From positions 1 through 47,879 of the forward strand of contig FLMG01002084.1 of the NCBI GenBank assembly GCA_900088475.1: DNA of 47,879 nucleotides, given 5' to 3'. This DNA comes from Hyphochytrium catenoides (Eukaryota > Protista > Hyphochytriomycota). The position numbers were made by a program, and so were the translations under genes. The notes beneath the pieces were generated by a model. It was given only the letters and a program-made list of their open reading frames with translations, ran no database searches and was not told the origin of the DNA. This document shows positions 36,939 to 47,879 of the stretch, in pieces. Each line of letters starts with the position of its first letter. Position 1 is the stretch's first letter.

Positions 36939-37149
36939 TATTGGAGAACAATCGAGAGAGAAGGAGAGAGAGAGAGGAAAAAGAGCAGAAAAGGTACACA
37001 GAGATTCGAAAGAACCGGGGCAGCGCGGCACGTCGTTGGGTTTGTGTTGTCCTAATTTTGAGCAGTCGTCTATTTTCCTCAAGAAAAAAGAGACTGACAC
37101 CTGAAGGTACACTGCTTCAAAGAGCAAGCCAGCAGCAGAAGATGGATAG

Positions 37150-37320
37150 GGAAGGAGAGAGAGAGAGAGGGAAAGAGAGAGAGGGAAAGCGAGAGAGGAA
37201 AGAGACAGAGAGAGAGAGAGAAGGAGAAAGAGAGAGAGAGAAGAAAGTAGAAGGGGAGAGAGGGAGAGGGGGAGAGAGAACGAGCGAGAGGCTCAGAGAC
37301 AAACACGAGGGCAGACAGAC
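37150..37320. repeat. (GA)n-rich tract
   Basis: Seen directly. Confidence 0.85.
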
Positions 37321-38899
37321 AGAGAGCAGCGTTCTAATATCATCGGTCTTCTTCTGTCACCTCTTTCTCTAGTCTCTTGCGGTTGCCCTTCTTTCTTCCC
37401 TTTTCCTCCTTTTCATCTGTCGCTTGTGTTGCAGAGTTAGGTTAGGTAGGTCTCGGAGGCTATCGATCAACCATATTTCGGGGCACGACGATACGTGTTC
37501 TGGTCTGCTCTGCTTAGTCAGTGTTTCCCGGCGCAGTCTTCTTCCATTTTTGCCGCCGCCCTCTTTGTACCACTCACCACTGCCATTCCTTGATGTAAAG
37601 GCCGGGCTTGGCATGCTCGAGAGCGTACACTAGGAGTACCTCCTCCTCCTTCTTTGCCATGATGCCGGTGATGTTCGTTTCTTCTCTGGTCTCTGATCAC
37701 TGACCACTTGCTTTCTTTTTCCCCCTCCATTGCCGAGTTGCATCTTCTTCTCCCATGATGCCGCCGTGGACAGCCGTCAACATTGCTTCGGGTCGAAATC
37801 TCCTCTAGCCTGGCTCCTTGCTGTACTACGGAGCAGTGGAACCCTCCTTCCCTTTCTTGGTTGCGTCGTCCTCTAACACCTATGTTCGGATCTCGTTTCT
37901 CTCTCCCTCACCACGGTCTGTCTCTCTTTGCTTCTTCTTCTCTCTTCTCTTGGTCCTCTCATCTCGCTGCTCCCCTGCCGCCCTCGTCCGTTCTACGAGT
38001 ACTAAGAAACTCTTCGGGTTGCTCTTCTGCTGACCTTCTGATGCCCTCACAGACCTCGTCAGCCAAGATCCGGAGGTCTTTTTTGCCCGAAGATGAGTTC
38101 TAAACGGACCGGACCGGACTGTACTGAAGCGGTGAGGGCGCTCATCGGCGAGCGGCAGCGGTATATTCGGCACCCAATCGATGGGCTAGGCTTATTACTG
38201 GAGAATGTACCCAAACTTTCGGGATCCAAGGGGAGGAAGGAAGCGAAGAATTGTACTAACAGTCATCTACTATGGTATGTGAGATGCTGTTCTGGTCAAG
38301 CCCTCAAGACAGATATTTTCCTGTTGTGCCGCATAAGACACAACCGGTCAACCCTTGTTCCTAAATTCGTGTGGTCTCTACTAATCTATGAAATAAAGGT
38401 CCTATGTATTGACTAAAACAGTAGTGTGGAACTATTGACCATCATATGCATCACACCTTTACTGTAGAACAATGCGGTAAAACACAGTAGTAGGAAGCTC
38501 CAACAAAAGACGGAAGCACCAAATGAAATAATAATGTAGCCCCAAATTGTCAGACGCTGGCTCTCTAGGAACATTAACTTTTGGCTTTTTTGCTCACCTC
38601 ACCCCAATTTGACGACCTATACGCCTTCGGCCTACCCATCCTGGACCACCTCGAGCACTACAGATGTAATAGGTAATACCTTGAAAACGCAGAGTCTGTC
38701 TATTTTTTTGGACCTATTCAGTATTCATAGAGTAGCTAACGGCCAATCTTACCTGGAGTTTTTTATAAAATTCTTAGGCAGCCATCGTGAACTGTGCGTG
38801 TAGCCGTTAACGTACGTCAAGGATAAGTTCCTCCAGCACGGAACTCCTGGGGGAACCTTGGAACTGGTTCAGGCCGTTACATTTTCGGCTTTAGAAAGG

Positions 38900-39250
38900 A
38901 ATAGGGGAAGAGGGAGAGCGGAGGAGGGACAGGAAGGGTGGGAGAGAGGAGGGAGGTAGGGGCCAGTATGGGGAGAGAGACAGAGCGCGAGAGAAGGAAG
39001 AGGACGGGGAGAAAGGGACAGGGAGCAGGGGAAGAGAGAGAGAGAGAAAGGCCGCATCGAAGAAGAGAGAGGTACAAGGGAGAGAGAGCGAGAGAATGAC
39101 TGCATTGGAGAGAGAGAGAAAGAGNNNNNNNNNNNNNNNNNNNNNNNNNNNNNNNNNNNNNNNNNNNNNNNNNNNNNNNNNNNNNNNNNNNNNNNNNNNN
39201 NNNNNNNNNNNTCAGAACAGGAGGAGGAGGATGTGTTGGAGAAGAAGAAG
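38900..39250. repeat. Purine-rich tract with assembly gap (N 39125-39211)
   Basis: Seen directly. Confidence 0.85.
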
Positions 39251-39825
39251 GAGGCAAGCAGGCACGCACTGGGATAACATTAGAAAAGCAGGTCCTAGGA
39301 CAGGTGCTTGCCTAGGTCTCGGGTAATAGCTGATGAATAAGAGCAGAAGAGGATAAGAGGTGGAGAGAGAAGAGACAGTGAATTAAGAAAAGAGCAGACA
39401 CTGTCCTTCTTTCGTTCCTTTGTTGCTTTGAGAGATAGTGTGGACCCACAGCATTGCAGGCACATCGCCTTCCTTGGAAAAGTTCCTGCGCAGCGGCGCT
39501 CTCTTTTTTCTGTTCAACAAATGTCTCAGGAAGCATCGGGGCCGAGAAAGCTTCACTATTATCATCGTTCTTTCTAAACGAGGTGTTATCCAGCTCTTTT
39601 GCACCACGTAAACTTGCCAGGGCCTCAATATAGCCGTCTCGTTCTTTGCGCTGTGCCTCCTCTTTCTGCTCTCGCGTCACCCGACAAGTCAGTCGTAGAG
39701 CTGTGAAGTGCCTCGATTGCTTAGACACAATATCTCTGCCGGTCGAGGTCTACTTCGACCCGGTCTTGTTCTGCTCACTCCTCTCCTCGCTCTGTCTGTG
39801 AGCGCCAACCTATTATCTCGTCATC

Positions 39826-41231
39826 ATGTATACAAAGAAAGAGCTCAACAAGAACATCAGCCAAAGTTATCTGCACGTGGGAGATCCCTATGCAGATCCG
39901 GGGAAAATCGGTATGTAAGAGTCCTCGCCCAGCTCTGGCCCTCACTATAATGAAGGACAGTCCACAGCCATGCTATTACCTCTATCTCCTCGTCCTCTCT
40001 CCTCTCTGCAGGCTCTGTGCCGCTCTTCTCGCTCACACCGAGTCACTCTTGCTGCAGGCAAGAACTCCCGGTGGTCGGGCAAGCAGTTCCTTACATCTCC
40101 AGCCAAGGACACTTCGGGAGGCGGTGGTCTGTTTACCAAGTTATCTTATGTCTCAGACAAGTTTGCGGACACCAACTGTAAGTAAGGAGAGGCGAAAGAG
40201 ACACGTTGCAAGTGGAAGCACGAAGAGGAGAGAGGAGAGAACTATCAAGCACATTCTACAAGAGTGATCAAAAAGAAGGAAGAACGTTATGGGCTTTGTT
40301 CTTTCAAAGGAAGTAAGGAAGAGAGAACGTTGATTGTCTGGTGGTCAGAGGAGAAGAAAAGCTTATAGAGCGAGAAAGGCATGGGCGCTACGTTTTCCTG
40401 ACCTTCTTCTCCGACACTTCAGCCTATATAAAAACCCAGCCTCTCGAGGATAGACGGAATGGCTTCGGGTCACACGATGCCAGCCGCAGAGACGAGTTCA
40501 TGAACAGGATCCGCACAGAAGTCTACAGAGAAGTCCTCAGGGTAAGACCGTTCTCTCTTCTTACCTCTTGGCATTACTCACTGAGAGCTCATTAGACTCC
40601 TCCTATCGTCGATCCCACGGTCTTTGCCTCTGTACTGACAGTCCATCTGCCTTCCTCTTTGCTAATCTCTTCCACTGACTTATCACTCTCTTCGTCTACC
40701 ACGACGGCAATACCGATTAATAGAAAGAGCAAAAGGTCCAAGGCAAGTCTCTCTCGCAACTCGCCGAGACACTGGAGAAGCTCGAGAACCAGAAAAAAGC
40801 GAGAGAAGAGAGTGAAGGAAGCGCTGGATCAGGAGCAGAGAGTCCAGACAAAAAGAGAAGACCACCTTCTCCTCAGTTCCTCTACGACCTCGGCCGCAAT
40901 CGAGAGACGACCTTCGACCCCAAGACTAAGAGAGACACGTACTATAAACTCCACGGACAGGATCATCAGCGGGTGAGTGTGACTTTAACTACTTAAAGGG
41001 AAAAGAGGAAAGAAAGATCGATAAGGAGATGACCGGCACAATGACAATGCTCTCTCTTCTTTCCCCATTTCCTAACGTTTGCAGAATGTCGGGCAGTATC
41101 ATCTCTCCTCTCTCACCTACGGAGAGGGCTGTGAGGTCGTCGATGAAAGCCAGAAGAGCAAGTATTCCCGACTGAAGGCCACAGACAAGTTCTTTGACAG
41201 AAGTCACCTCGGCTTGCCTGGCAAGCAATAA
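39826..41231 (+). CDS. Conserved hypothetical, probably cilia/flagella-associated protein, 5 exons
   Basis: Exons 39826-39910, 40058-40177, 40423-40541, 40724-40972 and 41085-41231 give MYTKKELNKNISQSYLHVGDPYADPGKIGKNSRWSGKQFLTSPAK...YIKTQPLEDRRNGFGSHDASRRDEFMNRIRTEVYREVLRKE...FLYDLGR...DKFFDRSHL. The ciliary assignment is from recalled motifs (GDPY, GKQF, GFxSxDxxRRDEF) and is not verified. The ORF track does not show it as a single ORF. Confidence 0.8.
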
Positions 41232-41595
41232 CAGAGTCGTAAGCTACCACCCACTAGTCATTCATACGAAGGACAGACGCCGCTTTGTATAGAGGAGGAG
41301 AAGAAGAGCAGGCACACAGACCAAGACGAGGGAATCGGGCGGTAGAGACAAAGTGAAAGAGACAGTTCTTTCTATCACTCTTCGCTCGCTCTCTCGGTGC
41401 AAAAAAAAGTGATGTTCATATAGCTAATGAATAGCCTTCATATACATTTGCTATTATTAGAGTCTAGCAACCATCAGGAACAGTTTACATGGGTGATCAG
41501 AGGCAAATAATGGGAAATGATGAGGGAAAGAAGAGAGAGAGAGAGGCAGCAAAGATGGCAAGAGGGAGGACGACGACTCGCAGGCTGCCCTGTGT

Positions 41596-43065
41596 TTATA
41601 GCTTTTGATATGGTCTTCTTAGGTTCTCTTCTGGAGCAGAGTCCTTCCTGTTGGTCCCTTGTACGATGATCCCTTGAGAAGAGCCGACAGAGGAACCTGT
41701 GCTCTCTGAGAACACGACAAACCCCTTTTCGCGGTCTCTTAGAGGTGGAGAACCCTGCACATATCCCAGGACTTCCGCGGGCGATCTATAGTCCGAAGAG
41801 TCTTTGGGGGTCCGCTGCACTGCAGCCTCTTCTACGCTCTCTCCCCGCGCTCTCCCACTTGAAGAAGAGACTTTTACGCAGTACTTGGCAGCCACACCAA
41901 CCACGACAACCACGGCAACAAGAACGAGGAAGACTTGTCCAATGAGCAGAGGCACCGGCGCACTTCTCAAGCTGCTCTTCCCTCCGCTGGCATTGGCGGA
42001 TTCTGCCTTTTTCTGCTCATCTTCTGAGGTTCCTGTCGAAGACTGAGAGGGCGACGCTGGAGGAGTACGAGCGGCAGAACCTCCTGCTCCTGTCTTGCCT
42101 GCGGGCCCGGAGATGTCGGTGCTGAGAGACGAGGAAGAGGCAGAAGAAGAAGATGATGATTGCCATGAAGGGGAGGAAGAGGGAGAAGGGGTTGGACGTG
42201 GCCTGAAGCTCGTCGGCGCCGGTGTTGGAGAGAAGAGAGGAGCCTGGTCCACGACAGGAGGAGCGGGAGTGGCTGGAGGGGTAAGTAGAGGCGGAGCAGG
42301 GGCCACAGAAGAAGGCTGAGTCGCAGGCGAAGGAGAAGCAGCCTCGGTCGGGTTTTCTTTCTTCGCTTGGCCCGGAGGTGTTCCTTTGGGACCTTGTCCC
42401 TGCTCTTTCTCTTTCTGCTTCTCTTTTTCCTTTTCTGCCTTTTCTTTTTCTTTCTGTTGCTGTTTGTCAGTTGCGCCGCTGTCGATGGGCGGTGGGAGGT
42501 TGACGGGAGCTCCAGGAGGAATGCCTAAGGGAGGATCCTGCGGTTGGTCTGGGGCGCCTCCACTGCCTTTCTCTTTCGTCTTCTCTTTCTCTTTCCCGTC
42601 AGGAGAACCTTCTCCCACCCCTCCTCCGACGCCTCCTCCTTGTCCCGCAGAGGGCGCTGCTCTTCCTCCTGTTTCCTCATTAGCTCCCGTCACCGGGGGC
42701 GCGGTAGAGCTGAGAACTCTCTTTTCTCCTTCAGCTCCTGGTCCTGCCGTGGTTTCCTCACTAGCAGTCGCCCTTTCCCCTTCCCCTGTTGTTCCTCTCT
42801 CTTCTCCTGCACTGCGGCTCGCCACTTCCTCTTTCTCCTCTCTTCCTGGCGCTGCTGGCTGGTTCACCTCTTCCTGGTTGATCGGCCCCTCGGAGGGTAA
42901 AATGACTGGTGATGGAGACTCCTGCTGGGCAAAGACTGCTGGGGAAGAGAGGAGGAGGGAGAGAGCAAGAAAAGAGAGAATGACAAAGAAAGCTCTTTGT
43001 CTTCCCATTCTTCTTAGAAGTTTCGCCCGTATCTTCTCGCCACGTCTCATTATGCCGTACGACAT
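41596..43065 (-). CDS. Mucin-like type I membrane protein (signal peptide, Pro/Ser/Glu/Lys-rich ectodomain, one TM helix, tail ending YQKL), intronless
   Basis: 489-aa ORF. Signal AFFVILSFLALSLLLSSPAVFA (alternative ATG at 43008), low-complexity ectodomain, TM LLIGQVFLVLVAVVVVVGVAA followed by KYC, C-terminal RRPYQKL. Confidence 0.82.
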   Translation of the reverse strand: MSYGIMRRGEKIRAKLLRRMGRQRAFFVILSFLALSLLLSSPAVFAQQESPSPVILPSEGPINQEEVNQPAAPGREEKEEVASRSAGEERGTTGEGERATASEETTAGPGAEGEKRVLSSTAPPVTGANEETGGRAAPSAGQGGGVGGGVGEGSPDGKEKEKTKEKGSGGAPDQPQDPPLGIPPGAPVNLPPPIDSGATDKQQQKEKEKAEKEKEKQKEKEQGQGPKGTPPGQAKKENPTEAASPSPATQPSSVAPAPPLLTPPATPAPPVVDQAPLFSPTPAPTSFRPRPTPSPSSSPSWQSSSSSSASSSSLSTDISGPAGKTGAGGSAARTPPASPSQSSTGTSEDEQKKAESANASGGKSSLRSAPVPLLIGQVFLVLVAVVVVVGVAAKYCVKVSSSSGRARGESVEEAAVQRTPKDSSDYRSPAEVLGYVQGSPPLRDREKGFVVFSESTGSSVGSSQGIIVQGTNRKDSAPEENLRRPYQKL

Positions 43066-43859
43066 TTATTCAAGAAAAGAGAGTCAGAGAGGGAGAGAAA
43101 GGACAAAAAGCAGAGAAAAGAAGACGTTGTAGAACGCCTGAGCATGAGGAGTACCAGCTCTTGTCTCCACTTGTTCTCTCTCGGATATGGGAAAAACGAG
43201 AGCAGTAGCGAGAGAAACCTCGGTCGTCCGGTGTATGCCTTTTTCTTCTTTTAGAGTAGCCCTTTTGGAGGAAGAAACGAAGAAATGACAAGTGTGGAAG
43301 GCGAAGAAGACCGCAAGAGGGAGAGAGAGAGAAAGAGAGAGAGTAAGTATGCTTCCGGTGTATCTTTCCGAAAGTGCTATTGAGCTTGCTTTCTTCTTTT
43401 TCTCTGGTGACGCGGTCACCAGGCGGCGGCGTTGCTGCAGAGGCGAGAAGATCAGAGGAAGAGAGAGAGAGGGGCAGAATGTAGAAGAGAGGGAGAGTTT
43501 CTGTTCACCAGTCTGTGGCATTGCCCTTCTTCACCGTTCCTCCTCTCTCTCTCTCCTTCTCTCCGTCTTCTCCTCTCTTGCCCTCTCTCTCCGCCGTCTT
43601 GTCCTGTCTCTCTACTCCTCGTCCTCGAGCCATCTGGATAACGCTGCGCTGTGGGGGCAAGCCCGCTGTACGCAGAAGTGCAGCTACGGGAGATGGAGGA
43701 TCCTTTCTCTCCTGTCTCTCTCTATCTCCCGTCGTCTACCTTATTATTTATGGCCTTCTTTTCTCTATCTCTTTCTCTCTTCTCCGATCACAACCTTGGC
43801 TTAGCAACTTTCGAATCAGGAGAGGAAGACGTTTAAAACAGGGCAAAAAGAGAACAAAC

Positions 43860-44044
43860 AGAGTGAGGGAGAGAGTAAGGAAGAGAGAGTAGACTGGGGA
43901 GAGGCAGAGCGCGAAAGTGAGATGGAAAGAAAGGATAGAAAAAGGAGAGAGAGTGAAAGAGAGAGAGAGAAAGTGAGAGAGAAAGTGAGAGAGAGAGAGA
44001 GAGAGAGAAAGCGAGAAAGAGAGAGAGACAGAGAGAGAACGAGA

Positions 44045-44090
<46 letters not shown>
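43860..44090. repeat. (GA)n tract between the CCAAT array and the membrane-protein gene
   Basis: Seen directly. A second tract lies at ~44390-44570. Confidence 0.9.
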
Positions 44091-44172
44091 GGTTGCTATC
44101 GTCCGCGTTGCTGTAACGGTCAGCGACACGATAAATGTTGACGGACTAAGATTTAGAACAGAATCCCGGCCT

Positions 44173-44257
44173 CTCATTGGCCAGAACAAATAGCAATGAG
44201 CAGCGATTGGCTGTACACTCTGATGATCCTCTCTGATTGGCTCGTCTCTGAATGGCT
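44173..44257 (-). promoter_or_regulatory. Array of three phased CCAAT boxes (putative NF-Y promoter)
   Basis: ATTGG at 44176, 44206 and 44236, exactly 30 bp apart and each followed by C. A variant CTGAATGGCT lies at 44248. Confidence 0.6.
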
Positions 44258-45419
44258 GGTCATGTCCTGTCGCTCGAGTCAGAGCCTTGGCCTGTTTCAT
44301 GACCTCTCACTCCTCCTGATGGCGGCGCGGCTGTTGCTGCCGCCGCGGCCGGAGTGAGCATCTCTGGACAGGTCACAGGCCTTGGGGAGACAGAGAGAGA
44401 AAGAAAAAAGAGCGGAAAGGTGTGAGAAAAGGGTTGAAAGAGACAGACACATTCGCACAGAGAGGGAGAGGGAGTGAGAGTGACAGTGAGAGCGGAGAGC
44501 GAGAGAGCGCGAGGGAGAGCAGGAGAGAGAGAGAGAGAGAGAGAGTGAGAGAGTTAGAGAGAGAGAGAGATGCAAGGAAGCCAACGTTAATGGAGATCAT
44601 AGCTTCAGACAGGGAAAGACATCTATTTCCTTTTTTCTGCAGCTAAGTTTGTCAGACCGTGAAAGAGCCATTATCGGGCGAGATCAGGGTGAGACGGAAG
44701 ATAAAACTGTGGATGGAGAGAGGGATGGACTGTCTAGTTCTGTCCGTACTTCGATTCCTTAGGGCTGCTGGTGGGAGTGCATGCGAGGAAAGTGAACAAG
44801 GAAGTCATTAAGTTACCCTTATGAATGAAAGACATTGAAGAACTGTCGTGATGGAGCACTCTTTACTTGCGGCACTTTGAACAGAGGGCGCGGCCTGCCT
44901 TATCTTCTGGCGGACGATAAATCAAAAGCTGACCCATGTTCCCGCCAAGGTGTCAGGAAAGGCTGGACAAAACAAAAAAAAAGTAGCACAGAAGGGACGT
45001 ATCGTGGCGCTGGGTTATGATCTTCTCTGAAAAGAGAGAGAGAGAGAAAGAGAGAGAGAGACGGACTTTGCTTGAGAAGGTAGACAAGCGCGGCCCCCGG
45101 GTAGATAAAAATAGAGAATGATGTTGCTTAGAGAGGAGGCAGTAAGTGTAGCGCTGGAGGACTGGAAAGCCCGGTTACCATTGGTAGAAGGTTGCTACCT
45201 ATGTCATCAATCATAGCTCGGATGCCTCAACAAAGGCGGATATTCCAGCTGGAGTAACAAATGAGAAGATAGGCCCTGCTGCCCGTCCCAACCTAGGATG
45301 CAGGAGGACAAGTGTACTGAGCTATTCATCGGCTGCTAATAAGATGAGAGTGACCAACAATAGCTCTCTTAAATTGTTCATCGCTGTATGTTGTATGCTC
45401 CTAGTAGAAGTGGGGACGG

Positions 45420-45650
45420 GAAAGATGGAGGAGAAGAAGGGGAGACAAGGAACAGAGAGAAAGGGAGAGAAGGGAGAGAGAGAGAGACAGAGAGAGGCAG
45501 ATAGAGAGAGAGAGACAGAGAGAGACAGAGAGAGACAGAGAGAGNNNNNNNNNNNNNNNNNNNNNNNNNNNNNNNNNNNNNNNNNNGGAAGAGAATGATG
45601 TGGATGGAGAGAGAAAAAACGAGAGAGAGACAGAGGAGAGAGGGAAGAAA
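45420..45650. repeat. (GA)n/GACA tract with assembly gap (N 45545-45586)
   Basis: Seen directly. Confidence 0.85.
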
Positions 45651-47879
45651 GACGTGGTGCCATTATATGGGTCAGACTCGGATGGTGAACCCGACCCTAA
45701 CGGAGAATGGAGGGCGCCCTTTACCTGCCTATTGTTAGTTGGACCAACAGTGTCGCAGAACGACAAGCAGACCTTATCAGACAGGAAGAGGATCCTTGCC
45801 AAGCTTGCACCAGAAAGGAATACCTTAGCTATTTCACTTCTTAGTATGCGCTTCGCTAAGTAGTAGAACCCCTTATTCGAGGCTCGGCTCAACCGGTTCT
45901 ATATATTCATGGTCATACTGAGCGGATAGGGGAAATGCTGGATGTCTGCGACTGTGTGAGCTCGATAAGCGTTCTTCATAGTACCACACAGCCTACCTTC
46001 AAGGAGGTGAGGTTATTATGCAACTGAGGTATGCCGGGATGAGAAGATGACAGAAGAAACTTCCTCTGAGAGGAGCTTTTAGAGGATTGACGCTCATCGC
46101 CAAGAAGAGACAGGACCGAGGACGTTGAGCTAAAGCTGAGAACCCCTTCTGAAGGTTGTGATGCACTGCATCTTACTATCCAATGCTGATTTCTTTCTGA
46201 GTTATCTGGATGACGGAGCCCATAGTGGCGGCATTAGTCAATGTCCTTACTTGTCAGGCAGGTGATCAGCTGCTGGAGACATATCTCAGGAGACAGTTCT
46301 CTGGCTCTGCAGCTCTACTATCTACTCGACTTGATATCCTTTCGCTGGCAGGCCATGGCTGGAGGAGAGAGACTTTCTCTGGCTTTGTGATCAGACAGTC
46401 AGACAAGGTCATGACCTCACGTTGAGGTGCAATGTTTGCCTAGTCTAGGTTGGCTATCAACCTCAACCATCCTATTGCTGCTAGGGTCAGTACTGATTGA
46501 TGCCTAAATAAGGATGACTGTCAAGCTCTTCAACTAAACAGTCAAGCTCTGTCGTATAGGCGACTGCGGCTATATTGACTTCTCATAACGTGAGCCTGTT
46601 GAGCTCTTAAAGCTCTGTCGTCACATGTCAGCAATATCCCTCAAAACGACTTCAATGTCCTCCTACCTCCACTGCTATTGAGTTCGAAGACCTTCTAGGG
46701 TGAAACCTTGGCAGCTCTGAGACTGCTTAGTACAAGTCGCCTAGGCATATGTCAGTGAGAGGCCGCTTGCGGCAATCTGTTAGACGCAGCAGTAAGAAGG
46801 CGATGATGTAGAATTGATGATGGTCACCGAGAAGCTGAATGGTCATATGATGACTAGCATGACCTTGTCTTGCTTGCTCTAGGATATAAGAAGAAGTCAA
46901 GTGTCAAGGACTGGGTCCCAAGCAAGGCTGATGGAGTCTATCGCCTCATAGACTCTTGACAGGGCAGCGGATGCAACCAGGCCTCAAGCCCACCGCTAGC
47001 TGCAAAGAGATCCACTCTTCTTCATGGCTCTCCCTTCCATGGGTGACGTCACAGGACTTCGGATCTGCAAGTATCGTCTCGCTCCAAGAAGAGCTAAGCA
47101 TTAGCCGCGCAAGGGTTCTATTGCTATGACCTGAGGTAATAGGAAAGGGATGTATCCTTGTCGAGCTCAGTATTTCAACACAAGATGGCATCATTGCCAG
47201 AAAAGAAGACTGAGAAAGAGAGCAGAGAGGCTAGGTAATCTTAGCTACAGAAGACGATAATTTCTTAGGAGGCCTCACAGAGGAGAGGAGAGAGTGCACT
47301 TCGCCCAGACCTTCTCTGCGAAAGGCTTTCCCTGAGGATAGTCCGACCTGCAAGTCGGTCAAGACACGCGTAGCGAGATCGAGATCTCATCTAAGACTAT
47401 ACAACCGTCAGGCTACCGAGGGTGGCCGCATGGGGCAGGAAGAGGACCATCAGCTGTAGATAGATTCAATAAGTAGACCAGTGTCTCCTTTGCCGAACTC
47501 CTCTTTGATTATCCGGGCTCGGGACAGCCCCAATCATCACTCTGAAAGTGCAGTCTCTGCTCTGGTCGCATGCCCTGTGGGTCTGCCTTAGCTCTAGGAA
47601 CTACTATGCCCACGTCGACATCTCACATGCTAGCGCCGCGTCAATGGTCATCCTCAAGTGATGCAGCTGGGCCCGCGCCGCCTTGGCAAGCAGAAGAATC
47701 TTGGGCTTGGAGGTTGGCGGCAACTGAACCTGCAGCCTGAGCCAAGATCAGAACCTGCAGGGCGACTCTTAAATTTACAACACAAATGATATTATGCCAA
47801 ACAGCCACGATCCACAGAAATTGACGGCACTTTATAACAAGCAATCTCTGAGTCAAGTAGAGGGAAATTTGTAGGTACC

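Noticed and set aside
38745-38760. CTTACCTGG resembling the U1 snRNA 5' end
   Set aside because: No U1 stem-loops or Sm site follow. It is better explained as chance or a minus-strand CAG|GTAAG donor.
39312-39728. 138-aa charged minus-strand ORF divergent from the ciliary gene
   Set aside because: No ATG near its start, no recognisable motif, and the 3' part runs into low-complexity sequence.
42386-43132. 248-aa plus-strand ORF
   Set aside because: Antisense shadow of the low-complexity membrane-protein gene.
1-47879. Alternative genetic code or stop-codon reassignment
   Set aside because: Gene models end in TAA, TAG and TGA, and no conserved exon contains an in-frame stop.

Overview
Eukaryotic nuclear DNA with dense GT-AG spliceosomal introns, CTAAC-type branch points, abundant (GA)n/(CT)n tracts and three N-gaps. 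The standard genetic code fits all gene models. Two protein motifs recalled from oomycete, diatom and brown-algal proteins (TALE homeodomain WLLSEEHFAHPYP; KGQWTEEEEAY...LNCPPMRISKKF) suggest a stramenopile; this is an inference. Twelve genes were assembled by hand: a 5'-truncated Tudor-like/WBP4-like gene, a TALE homeobox fused to a Myb-like domain, a TMEM198/DUF4203-like membrane protein, a Pi-like GST, a stand-alone PARP-type zinc finger, an OAC1/SLC25A35-like mitochondrial carrier, an N-acylated LRR protein, PheRS alpha, a SAP + 7xRCC1 + Cys/His-finger protein, an orphan secreted or membrane protein, a probable ciliary protein, and a mucin-like type I membrane protein ending in YQKL. The best candidate for an undescribed system is the LRR gene at 21116-23270: an MGVCASK lipid anchor, LRRs on symmetric phase-1 exons of 72 nt (one 75, one 144), and a C-terminal F-box-like helix. 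The TALE+Myb-like fusion and the SAP-RCC1-zinc finger protein come next. No tRNA, rRNA, CRISPR array or recognisable transposon was seen. Most short ORFs in the supplied track are microsatellite or antisense artefacts.
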